From a virus, in the IMG/VR virus record IMGVR_UViG_3300037493_005292, positions 1 to 64,000 of that record: a stretch of 64,000 nucleotides of DNA; one strand, written 5' to 3'. This document shows positions 37,772 through 47,231 of the stretch, piece by piece. The first letter of the stretch is position 1; each line of letters opens with the position of its first letter. The notes beneath the pieces were generated by a model that made no database searches, was not told the origin of the DNA, and saw only the letters and a list, made by a program, of their open reading frames with translations. The translations under genes were made by a program, and so were the position numbers.

Positions 37772-39919
37772 ATGCAGTTCGAGCTCAAAGATTCTGACCT
37801 AATCGACGCAGAAAACTTTCTCGTAGAGTACCTAACTGAGAAAGTTCCCGAGGCTAATTTTCAAGCAGGGACAGCTGTCCGGGATCTACTCGTAAAGGCG
37901 TTTACTCCTCTGTATGCCTTCTTGCGCGCGACCGCTGCAAAACAAGAACTTCTACAGTCCCTGACGCGGATTCAAGTCGAGCTTGGTAAGGGCGAGACTA
38001 GCATATTGAACTCGACCGAGGTATCGCAGGCGGTCGACGAAGTGATGTCCAACTGGTTCATCTCGCGGCGGGGTGGCCAGCAAGCTCGGGTAACCGCAAC
38101 ACTGCATTTCACGAGGCGTGCGTCCGTAGCGATACGTAGTGACACCAAGTTTTGGCGTACGAGTGCCCTGGCATTCTATTTGGATATCACCAGTAACGTT
38201 TACGTGATTTCGGAAAATCAGATGCGGCCGGTATTTGATACGCGTGGACGCTTGATTGATTACGTAGCGTCCATCCCGCTCGTGTCCTCTAAGGCAGGCA
38301 CCGAGTACAACTTTGACCCGGGTCGGTTTACTCGAGTAGAAGCGGCAGGTGGTTTGCCGTTCTTCTCATACGCCGAGCACAAAGACAAGGTAAGTAGCGG
38401 AACTTCTACCGAGGATACTCAAGACCTAATTGATCGAGCTCCTACGGCGATCTCCGTGCGCAATTTGATTAACAACAGATCAATTGACGCAACCATCTTA
38501 GAAGAATTTCCCGCAGTAAAGAGCACGATTACCGTTGGTATGGGTGAGCCGGAGATGGTCAGAGACCGGATATCTGACGTGTATCCGGGCATGGAGCTGC
38601 ATATCGGGGGTCATGCGGATACGTACGTAGATATGCCGCTTACCACTGTGGAAGAGGTAGGTCTGGTAGGTGGGTATTATCCGCGGGCAGACGGCATCAT
38701 CAACGTGTTCAGAGACCCGCTGCTGACTCGAGATGGTACGAATACAACGTTCACCGACCTCGGTGTACAGGCTGGGTACATCTTGTACATCTCGGAAGGC
38801 ATTCTAGGTGCTCCGAGGGGTTTCCCCATTACTGCTGTGACCGAGCACGAGCTCTTGGTGAGTGAGCGTACACCTTTTGGTGAAGCGTCTGATGAGCTCG
38901 ATACGAATGCGGTGCGCTATTCGATTGGGTGGTTAGCGCCGGACTACCAGGAAATCGACTTTGATACCGCTCCCTTGACACACCAGTACCTTCGAATTGC
39001 CGCGGTAAGCACTAATCCGCTTTATAGCAACGTCCCTCCTGGCACCTCGCGTCACATATGCGAGCCCGGGTGCATGCTGCTTAGCGGTCAGCCAATACAA
39101 GACATATTGACAGTTGAGGTTACAGACCCCGACGCGGGGGATGCTTTCTTGGACCCGTCTACAGGGACAGTTAGGTTCCCTGTACGGTCTAACTACCCGC
39201 CTATTCGTGGGTCGGTAATGGGAACGTCGCAGTTTCAGTTGGAAGTTTTGAATCCAGAAAAGGGTCAGTCTGCGTTAGCGGTTTCGTTACTGCGTGTAGG
39301 GTATCCGGATCCACCGGCTGTAGTGCCGGCGTATGAGGGAAAAACTCTGCGCGTATCGTACATGACGCTTCAAGATTTTGCGCCCATTCACTGGTACGTT
39401 ACCAACTTTGATACCCGCGTATTGGCGGAGAATCACTTAGTTCGAGCACGAAATCCGATATGGGTTTCGATGACAATCCCCTTTAGGTACAAGCCTACGT
39501 CGCAGTCTACAATCGACACGAGCGAAGCGGCTGGTCGCGTAGCTGCACACATCGATGTCTTTGACGCGAATGATGATTTGGATATGTCGGACATTTCGGC
39601 GCTTATCCGAGATGCGTATCCAGATAGCGTAGGAACGGTGTTTCCGTTTACCATTGAGTACGACCTCTATACTCCGGATGGTCAGCTTCTCCAGTTTACT
39701 ACGACGGATATTGTTTCCATCTATCCGACTACGAGTAACGGAGTAACGCTTCTCAATGGAGATGACATCGTAGTTCCGACGAGTTTGCAAGTGAAGGGGA
39801 TTACGCGCATCGTTACTGCGTCTGATCTCAGTAATTTGTACGCAGTATACGGGATATCAGACAGGACCGTGGTGTACCGCTCGCGCGCCGAGCTCATTTA
39901 CTTTGTTTTGAGAGGTTAG
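37772..39919 (+). CDS. baseplate J-like wedge protein
   Basis: GTAVRDLLV, NWFISRR.G..A, G.EYN, G...ED...LI.RA. Confidence 0.75.
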   Translation: MQFELKDSDLIDAENFLVEYLTEKVPEANFQAGTAVRDLLVKAFTPLYAFLRATAAKQELLQSLTRIQVELGKGETSILNSTEVSQAVDEVMSNWFISRRGGQQARVTATLHFTRRASVAIRSDTKFWRTSALAFYLDITSNVYVISENQMRPVFDTRGRLIDYVASIPLVSSKAGTEYNFDPGRFTRVEAAGGLPFFSYAEHKDKVSSGTSTEDTQDLIDRAPTAISVRNLINNRSIDATILEEFPAVKSTITVGMGEPEMVRDRISDVYPGMELHIGGHADTYVDMPLTTVEEVGLVGGYYPRADGIINVFRDPLLTRDGTNTTFTDLGVQAGYILYISEGILGAPRGFPITAVTEHELLVSERTPFGEASDELDTNAVRYSIGWLAPDYQEIDFDTAPLTHQYLRIAAVSTNPLYSNVPPGTSRHICEPGCMLLSGQPIQDILTVEVTDPDAGDAFLDPSTGTVRFPVRSNYPPIRGSVMGTSQFQLEVLNPEKGQSALAVSLLRVGYPDPPAVVPAYEGKTLRVSYMTLQDFAPIHWYVTNFDTRVLAENHLVRARNPIWVSMTIPFRYKPTSQSTIDTSEAAGRVAAHIDVFDANDDLDMSDISALIRDAYPDSVGTVFPFTIEYDLYTPDGQLLQFTTTDIVSIYPTTSNGVTLLNGDDIVVPTSLQVKGITRIVTASDLSNLYAVYGISDRTVVYRSRAELIYFVLRG

Positions 39920-39920
39920 G

Positions 39921-42900
39921 ATGCCGCATCCGTTTGATATCGGAGATTACTCCTCCACGATCTTCCGCGGATTGTCAGGTTTTTGGCAACGGTTTTTCCG
40001 TGATACCAAAGACTTGCAGGCATTCTACAGGGCATCAGAGCAGTATCTAGGACAGGTTTACCTAGATTTTCTCAGTAACGTACTGAGTACCAGCGTTAGT
40101 AACTGCCCAGTGTTCAACAAAGAATACTGGAAGCTGTTCGCTATCAACGAGAATGAAGTGGTGTACCGCGAGGGCGTCACGGCAGTGGATGATCGCTTTG
40201 TCTACGACTTGCCCGGAAGCGCGGTAAATGTGGACGTTCTGCAGAACGCTATTTTTGCTCCGGACGTAACGTACGAAAAAGAAGTGGATTTTGACGTTAC
40301 AAATTCAGATGGCTTTTTGCGCTTTTTTCGAGATCCTTTCCGAGAGTCTATCAACACAGAAACAGGCGAGCGTACCCCTTTAGACGGCGTAGCATGGCGC
40401 TGGCTTGATATCGAAGTCGGCAACCAGCTGCAAGATGCTTCCTTTACAGGAGACTGGATAACAAGCACCGCCGTTGAACGCGGGGACACGTTACGCTTTT
40501 TGGCGTACAAGGGTCCAACAATCCAAGACGATACCGCGGGATACTTAACCTATACCGGTGTGCTTACATTCACTTGCGCCACAGCCAGCTTTGTCGACTC
40601 ACATGTGGGAGACATTATCCACATATACGACGAACCCACGCAGCAAGCCATTGGTTATTACATTGTAAAGTCCATCTTGTCGTCGACGGCCGTAGTGCTA
40701 GAAAACTCGTTTGGAGCACAGCTCATTACGACCTCACCCACGCTTGAGTGGCGGCATTACAAAGCGGTCTATTACGATTTTTCAAGCCAAGACAAAGCGA
40801 TCGATTACACAGACGGGAAGTACCTCATAGGGAATGTCGATAATCCTTATCCCATCCCAGAAGAGCAACAACCCTTTGTATACGCTATCGTGCGGGAACC
40901 GTATGACGCAACCGTTACTGGCGCTAGCGTCGACAACGTGCTGCCAACCTTTCTGGGTTTGCGGCATATTGTCCTAGACTCTGTTCACGTACATGCCACA
41001 CGGAATGACGGACAAGCAGTTGAAGAGGGCGTTGACTACAAGGTAGATTACCTACGTGGTGTTATTACACCCATTCCATACGTGGGTAAGTCCGTGCAGG
41101 ACGGCAGTGCGGGGTACGCGCTAAATTGGGGTGGGGTACCGTACTTCGTATCTTCTGACCCGACCGTAGAGTTCAGTTCTCCGGAGGATATCGGCGGGAC
41201 AATCACTATCAATACTGGCGGAACGATCCAGACGTTCATTATCGCTGATGTAGTTTCTTCTAACATGCTTATTCTAGCGGATCCGGACGCAGAGTTACCG
41301 TATTGGCCGGCGTATATCGGGCCTATCTGGGAGACGCGTCGTTTGAGTAACGTCCCAGATTGGAATCCGCTATCGGTAAGTTCTACATGTAGGTACTCCT
41401 ATATGGATGAAGTAATCCTCTCAGGCGGAGGACTGACAACCGAGAAGGTAACTGGGAGCATTAAGCAGTTATCCTTTTGGGTGCCAGAAGTATCCATCGA
41501 TAGGTTCCTGCTCTATAACAATTTTGGGTATCTGTTAAACCGATTTGAGGCGTCATCGGAGACGTACAGGGCGTTCCTAAAGGGAATCATGTACCTGTAT
41601 ATGTCTGGCCCCATCCTCTACCGCGTGAACTCAGCGATGAATGTCGCTGCGGGTTACCCTGTTATTCAGTCTAACGGAGAAATCTTACAGCGGTATGACA
41701 GTGGAGTCTCGGCGTCGGGAACCGACGGTGTCATGGTTCCGGGAACTCAGTCGTACATCACGTCAGCATCCGCGCCGTTTACCTCTGCTATGGTAGGTGG
41801 GGATATTGTAGTAACGTCGTCGATAAACGCTATCAATAAGGGACGGTTTAGGATCATCGCATTGGTAGACGCGACGAGCGTTGAAATTGAATACACGTAC
41901 ACTCCCGTGGTGGAAACTGGCTTACACTGGGAAGTTACGACAACGTATACGCGGCGGGTATACACAAACACCGCGGCAGGTACATCACGTGTTTACGCTT
42001 ATCCGTATTACGTACCAATTCGTGCGGATATCATCGATCCGGTTAACTGGGGGAAGTTGACCTTCAAGTCGTTTGACTACCTGACAACTGCGTTTACGGT
42101 AACGGACTATCTCGAGGACCCGCAATGGTGGCACAACAAGTACATCCCAGATGTTTTGTGGGCCAACACTCCGCAGCTTCGGCGGCTCGCTACGAGCGTT
42201 CTTTACGAAAACGTAGTGGGCGGAGGAGATGGTCCACACGTAGGAGACCCGGGTCTTTTCGTTGGAGCAGACGAGACGGGTATTGTGTACGCGCCGACTG
42301 ACCCCAGCACAGGCGAACCTACACCAGTACACCGGCACTGCGCAGCCTTCGTATTGTTCGACCGCTTTTTGAAGTTTCACATGTTTTACATCTCTTTCGA
42401 CCAGCATCTCGAGCTCTCCGACGCCTTTAGACAAGACCTGGAAAGTCTCATCCTGGTTGCTAAGCCGTCGTACACATACCCCTACGTAGAGCCCAGTGCG
42501 TTCATGGAAGACATTGGGTCTCTGTGGGATCTGTTTGCAATTCCTGAAATTGCGTTTACGATAGGACTCGATGGAATCGAAACAGTTAGTAAAACGCCGA
42601 CGGTCGGCGAAGCGGAATTTAGGGTCGGAGATTACTACACCTACACGACCATCATTGGGGCTGCTGCCGGTGTGGTGGCGCCAGTGGCTACACCCTTTGA
42701 CCTCCCCCTCCCAACAACAACAATGCGACTTGTTGCTTGGCAATTGGGAGCAGCTGTTGGAGGAAGTCGCGTCTTGGAAGGAGTTGACTATACCATCGAT
42801 CTCAACCCCCTCTCGGCGACGTACCTGCGAGTAACTCCGTTAACGTCGTGGGATGCCGGGGCAGTTACATACGACGCGCTCGTCATTGATACTGCAAATA

Positions 42901-43079
42901 TCGTGGATGGTTACCCAGATACGACTATCGGGTTTACGCCAATTATTGTTGGTGGGAACGATCCGCGGTACATCCGAAAGACGCTAGCAGCTCCGTCTAT
43001 AACTGAGGAGATGATCGATCGTCCGCTCACCCTCACTATCGACACGAACTACCCATTGGGTGTACCGTACCATTACTGA
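39921..43079 (+). CDS. large baseplate or tail protein
   Basis: NFGYL.....SSE.YR..LKG..Y.Y..GP and C-terminal KPSYT; two EGVDY repeats. Confidence 0.65.
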   Translation: MPHPFDIGDYSSTIFRGLSGFWQRFFRDTKDLQAFYRASEQYLGQVYLDFLSNVLSTSVSNCPVFNKEYWKLFAINENEVVYREGVTAVDDRFVYDLPGSAVNVDVLQNAIFAPDVTYEKEVDFDVTNSDGFLRFFRDPFRESINTETGERTPLDGVAWRWLDIEVGNQLQDASFTGDWITSTAVERGDTLRFLAYKGPTIQDDTAGYLTYTGVLTFTCATASFVDSHVGDIIHIYDEPTQQAIGYYIVKSILSSTAVVLENSFGAQLITTSPTLEWRHYKAVYYDFSSQDKAIDYTDGKYLIGNVDNPYPIPEEQQPFVYAIVREPYDATVTGASVDNVLPTFLGLRHIVLDSVHVHATRNDGQAVEEGVDYKVDYLRGVITPIPYVGKSVQDGSAGYALNWGGVPYFVSSDPTVEFSSPEDIGGTITINTGGTIQTFIIADVVSSNMLILADPDAELPYWPAYIGPIWETRRLSNVPDWNPLSVSSTCRYSYMDEVILSGGGLTTEKVTGSIKQLSFWVPEVSIDRFLLYNNFGYLLNRFEASSETYRAFLKGIMYLYMSGPILYRVNSAMNVAAGYPVIQSNGEILQRYDSGVSASGTDGVMVPGTQSYITSASAPFTSAMVGGDIVVTSSINAINKGRFRIIALVDATSVEIEYTYTPVVETGLHWEVTTTYTRRVYTNTAAGTSRVYAYPYYVPIRADIIDPVNWGKLTFKSFDYLTTAFTVTDYLEDPQWWHNKYIPDVLWANTPQLRRLATSVLYENVVGGGDGPHVGDPGLFVGADETGIVYAPTDPSTGEPTPVHRHCAAFVLFDRFLKFHMFYISFDQHLELSDAFRQDLESLILVAKPSYTYPYVEPSAFMEDIGSLWDLFAIPEIAFTIGLDGIETVSKTPTVGEAEFRVGDYYTYTTIIGAAAGVVAPVATPFDLPLPTTTMRLVAWQLGAAVGGSRVLEGVDYTIDLNPLSATYLRVTPLTSWDAGAVTYDALVIDTANIVDGYPDTTIGFTPIIVGGNDPRYIRKTLAAPSITEEMIDRPLTLTIDTNYPLGVPYHY

Positions 43080-43092
43080 AATCGAGGAAGAC

Positions 43093-43653
43093 ATGCCCAA
43101 GAAATTTGACGCAGCAGGACTTTACGGACGCATGACGGTGACAGTGTATGATGAAGGCGTGAAGGTCTACCGCTGTGTGAAAATGAACCAGATTACGGAC
43201 AAGGGGCGTGAGAGCGTGCTCGAGCTCTTGGCCCAAATTCTTCCGGCGGCAATTCCTCCAGCGGTAGGTATTCCGCAGGCTAATCCTACGTATAACAAGA
43301 TTTGGTCCCTAAGCGTTGGAGAAGACCCCACTCCCCCAGCTTCCACACAAATAGCGCTTCTTTCGCCAGTCTGGACTTCCGCGTTAGATATTCCTGCAGA
43401 GCGTCAGTACATACCGTCTCTATTCGAAATTTACGTACATAAGGAAATTCCCGCGGGCACAGCGACTGGCGCGGTGTTGGCTGAGGCGGGAATTTTTACG
43501 CGGGGGTCTCTCGATGAACCCGCTCCAGGTGACGCGTGGGAGACTATTCAGCATCGTCGAATGTACGCGCGTCAGATTTTCCCGGCTATCACAAAGGGCG
43601 CCACAATGTCCATCGTTTTTGATTGGCACCTGGGCATGACGATCCAGGCGTGA
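43093..43653 (+). CDS. tail-fibre attachment or baseplate protein
   Basis: NQITD.G...VG...P.......L...EAGIF...F..ITK pattern; GAGG RBS before ATG 43093. Confidence 0.6.
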   Translation: MPKKFDAAGLYGRMTVTVYDEGVKVYRCVKMNQITDKGRESVLELLAQILPAAIPPAVGIPQANPTYNKIWSLSVGEDPTPPASTQIALLSPVWTSALDIPAERQYIPSLFEIYVHKEIPAGTATGAVLAEAGIFTRGSLDEPAPGDAWETIQHRRMYARQIFPAITKGATMSIVFDWHLGMTIQA

Positions 43654-43668
43654 TCTGAGGAGATACAA

Positions 43669-46545
43669 ATGGCTGGCAAACAGTATATCGATTTTGAGCA
43701 CGGTACGGACACTGGCGAGCGCACAGACAGTGATTCCATTCAACCTATCATCGACGGTGAGTCCGTATTGGGTGCGGTTCTCAATCGCCCGCCTGAAAAT
43801 CTCAGATACCGCACGGAGCTTCTTCGCGCCTTTGGGGATGATACGCTGTACCGACTGGACAGCGACCGTTGGATCATCACAGGCGGTACCGCCGCTGGTG
43901 TAGGTGCTGCTGCTCCGGTGCTGACGTCGTGGTCATCTACCACGGGCATTTTTGTCACAACAGGCGACATGGTGCTGCAGCCCTTGATGGGTCCGAATAC
44001 GGACGTGAACGAAGTAGGGACTTTCCCGATCGTGGATGGGGGCCTATCAGCGACGTTTACAGTTACTACAACGCGTAGAGCGTATGCGCATGGTAATGAA
44101 TCGAGAATCATCTTTGAAGAAGCTCCTACAGCGGAGCTCCCAGGTGGTAACGTAGCCGCAACGCTTGAAGGCTCACCGCTTCATACACTGCGTGTCATCG
44201 TACGGGATGATGGGCTAACGACGGTTACGCAAGTTTACAACGCCATCGTGGCGCTTGGTGGCGGCGCAACAGTTGGTATGACCATCGTTTTGACGGGCGA
44301 CGCAGCTACGAAGATTGACCTTGATCTCATTCCCGCGGAATACCACATATGGCAAGCCACCAAGGTGGCTGACCGTGAGTTGAACCACATTCCCGCGAGT
44401 TCTTTCGCAGCGTTCTTTGTCACATCGGCTAACCGCTTAGCTGATGGGGATTCGATTGGTATCTACTTTCCGTACATGGTGGACCCAACAGGAAATAGTG
44501 GTGGTCGGCGTGAGTCGACTGTTACGACAACTGACCCAGGGTCTGGGAGTCCCCCGAATACGGGCGTAGCGTACACGCAGCTCTTCAACTCGCGCGTACA
44601 TCCGGAGTACCTTCCGTACGCGATTCCTCTTTGCCGGAGGATTGGAACAAGTCTCATTTTTGTTGACGGTACGGTGGTTGAGGCGACTGCTACGGATCCG
44701 CGGGCCTTTGGTTCGGGGCACATCGTAGCGCATCTACACCACTCCCCACACGCATCAGCTGATACGTTTGATATCACCGCGGGGTCTGTGCAGTCGGTGC
44801 TGCAGGCATTGCAGCTGTTCGTAAACGATAAGGCGTCGTTGGATGCTGTCGAAACGGTAACTGGTGCGTGGACTATTACGGGTGCGTTGAAGTACGCTTC
44901 GGCGTATTACTACACACCAACGCCTACTCCAATTGAAGGAAGCATCACCCTCCTGTGGCGTTATCCCGAAGTGGCGAATGCGAGTGTGGATTGGGATACT
45001 ATCTCTGCGTATCTAGTAAAAACTTCCAGTGCAGTGTCCGGGATCAACAGCACGCGGTATGTTATTGTTAATGGAGCTACGCTAGAGTGGCAGGGTTCCG
45101 GGCATTATCATGTTAATATCCACACGGCTCCTGTACGCACTACCGGTGATACGGGCTATGTGTCAGTTAACGTTCTGTCGCACGGTAAAGATGAGGGGAC
45201 CGCACTAGGTGAGTGTATAACTGGATGGGTTAAGTTCCCGTACATCGCTGGTAACACAACGTTCACACTGGCTGAAGTATCCCCAATTCAATCAGCAGTC
45301 GCGTCTTATCCGGCATTAGCAGCAACTGTTGCAGTCGGTGTGTATCACAATTTCCACGGTGCTTCAGTCGCTGCAGGATCTGAACTTGTGCTAGCCGCGG
45401 GAGGTGGTGATCTTGCATACCACCATAACATAAATCGTAAGGTTACTTATGACTACACGTTAACAGGTACCCATGCGGCTAAGCGGCTATCTACTGATTT
45501 AGACTGCATAAATGGCAGTAGTTACCGCGTTTTTAACCGCGTTCTAAACGGCATGTGTGTACGGCCTGCTAATACTGACTCAACATACCCTGACGATCGT
45601 GGACGTTGGCCGCTGAACTATATCTCAATCGGGCGCGGCAGGGCTATTGTAAACGGCGGGATGTACTACGATGAATCCGGTTCGGCCATTGCTGACGTCA
45701 TGGGGGCAATGACTCCAGGTACAGCAGCTTTGATAGGCTTAACTACGGAGTGTAAGTGGTTTGGGGTATACCTACGCAGCGATGGTAATTACCGAATCGG
45801 GCCGTTACCGTCTTCTTATCACCAGAATAACACTGGGATAGTTGGTGGTACGTTGCACCTTATACCTGATGCGAATAAGGATAGCCACTATGGCCAGATA
45901 GATTACACCTTAGTTGATGTTATCTGGAAGTATCAAGGAACTGACTCATCAACTGCTCGTTTTGCAAATGTCGAGCATGTTGCGGGTAATTTGCACCTAA
46001 TTCCGGTTGCAAAGGTATATGATTACGGCTCAAGTACCTTTACGAATACGTTGAATCCCGATATCGTAATGCCGAGCACTACTACGCAGGTACAACTCCA
46101 GCTAGAGACGACGGCTCCTTCTACCTATTCGGGAGATCGCACAATTGGTGTTCCCCGAATTTCTGATCGTGCGCTATTTGCCGTGTATTTTGATATTTTG
46201 TCCGGATCTACAGCAGGATCAACCTCGTCGATGGGGTTGTCATCTGGACACAGTGGCACGGCTCCGAACGACCATGGAGATCCGTATCTCTGGGGATATA
46301 GGACACTGTGGTCAGAAAGAGCTCACGGTGATACGCAGTATCGGCAGGGTAATTCGATTGTGGATCTTCCCATTATCGGACGAAACATGGACCATGATGG
46401 CTCTAATAGTTATGTGTACGCTTCCGCTAGTCTCGGTACTGGCGGTTCCGTTAGTGGTACTATCAGTCTTTTAGGGTTCTTCTGGGACAGATTCTGCATG
46501 GGAGTATCCGCAATAAACGAGGAATGGTTTACTCCCCAACCCTGA
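43669..46545 (+). CDS. tail fibre-like protein
   Basis: GE.V...VLNRP.ENL..RT N-terminal anchor; Thr/Gly/Ser-rich; GAGGAG RBS. Confidence 0.65.
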   Translation: MAGKQYIDFEHGTDTGERTDSDSIQPIIDGESVLGAVLNRPPENLRYRTELLRAFGDDTLYRLDSDRWIITGGTAAGVGAAAPVLTSWSSTTGIFVTTGDMVLQPLMGPNTDVNEVGTFPIVDGGLSATFTVTTTRRAYAHGNESRIIFEEAPTAELPGGNVAATLEGSPLHTLRVIVRDDGLTTVTQVYNAIVALGGGATVGMTIVLTGDAATKIDLDLIPAEYHIWQATKVADRELNHIPASSFAAFFVTSANRLADGDSIGIYFPYMVDPTGNSGGRRESTVTTTDPGSGSPPNTGVAYTQLFNSRVHPEYLPYAIPLCRRIGTSLIFVDGTVVEATATDPRAFGSGHIVAHLHHSPHASADTFDITAGSVQSVLQALQLFVNDKASLDAVETVTGAWTITGALKYASAYYYTPTPTPIEGSITLLWRYPEVANASVDWDTISAYLVKTSSAVSGINSTRYVIVNGATLEWQGSGHYHVNIHTAPVRTTGDTGYVSVNVLSHGKDEGTALGECITGWVKFPYIAGNTTFTLAEVSPIQSAVASYPALAATVAVGVYHNFHGASVAAGSELVLAAGGGDLAYHHNINRKVTYDYTLTGTHAAKRLSTDLDCINGSSYRVFNRVLNGMCVRPANTDSTYPDDRGRWPLNYISIGRGRAIVNGGMYYDESGSAIADVMGAMTPGTAALIGLTTECKWFGVYLRSDGNYRIGPLPSSYHQNNTGIVGGTLHLIPDANKDSHYGQIDYTLVDVIWKYQGTDSSTARFANVEHVAGNLHLIPVAKVYDYGSSTFTNTLNPDIVMPSTTTQVQLQLETTAPSTYSGDRTIGVPRISDRALFAVYFDILSGSTAGSTSSMGLSSGHSGTAPNDHGDPYLWGYRTLWSERAHGDTQYRQGNSIVDLPIIGRNMDHDGSNSYVYASASLGTGGSVSGTISLLGFFWDRFCMGVSAINEEWFTPQP

Positions 46546-46552
46546 TCTCCGA

Positions 46553-47023
46553 CTATAAAATAGGAATTCCCGTAACCGTCCCGATCGTACAAGCCCACCC
46601 CGTACTAAACCACAAAAAATAGCCGTTAGCCAAGACCGTCTTGGCTGTGGCGTTATCTGGCTGTTGTGCGGTAAGCATTGGGGGCAAAATAGTGGCAAGA
46701 GGTACGATGGGCGCCGCGGCTATAACCGACGGCCATATCGTCGTAAAGGGGGCGAGCAGCGACACCACTGCAATCTGAAACAGACTGCAGTGGGTCGCCG
46801 GATCCAACGCTCTAAACGATGTGATGGTGTTTTGTACGAAGATAGCACGCGTTGTCTCGAGCGCTACCGGAACCGCGGGGACAGCACCTACGGCTGAGAG
46901 TCCCATCCACGTGATGAAGGCGTTACAGAACTTGGCTGCAGCGTCTTCGACTGTGGCACTTCCGGCTTCGTCGTTTGCAACGAGTGTGCTGATAAAGGCA
47001 GGTTGGGCTACGGAGAGGGGCAT
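46553..47023 (-). CDS. hypothetical hydrophobic protein
   Basis: Likely start 47023, immediately after the upstream stop. Confidence 0.5.
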   Translation of the reverse strand: MPLSVAQPAFISTLVANDEAGSATVEDAAAKFCNAFITWMGLSAVGAVPAVPVALETTRAIFVQNTITSFRALDPATHCSLFQIAVVSLLAPFTTIWPSVIAAAPIVPLATILPPMLTAQQPDNATAKTVLANGYFLWFSTGWACTIGTVTGIPIL

Positions 47024-47024
47024 G

Positions 47025-47231
47025 TCAGATAACTTTGTCCAGGAAGGTTGCAGTGCTGACAGCGTATGTCGCAGCTTCACGCGCTAGGACAACTCGAATA
47101 CCGGGACTTTCGTTGATGCAGTCCGCGCAGATGAATCCAACGGGATCACCGTTGTAGGTGAATTCGAGGGATCCTGGCCCGGGTCCATTCTCGCACTCCT
47201 CCATGGAACAGAGGTCAAATCCATTTTTCAT
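47025..47231 (-). CDS. small Cys-rich protein
   Basis: C....C...CADC; ATGA overlap with the nrdJ stop. Confidence 0.55.
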   Translation of the reverse strand: MKNGFDLCSMEECENGPGPGSLEFTYNGDPVGFICADCINESPGIRVVLAREAATYAVSTATFLDKVI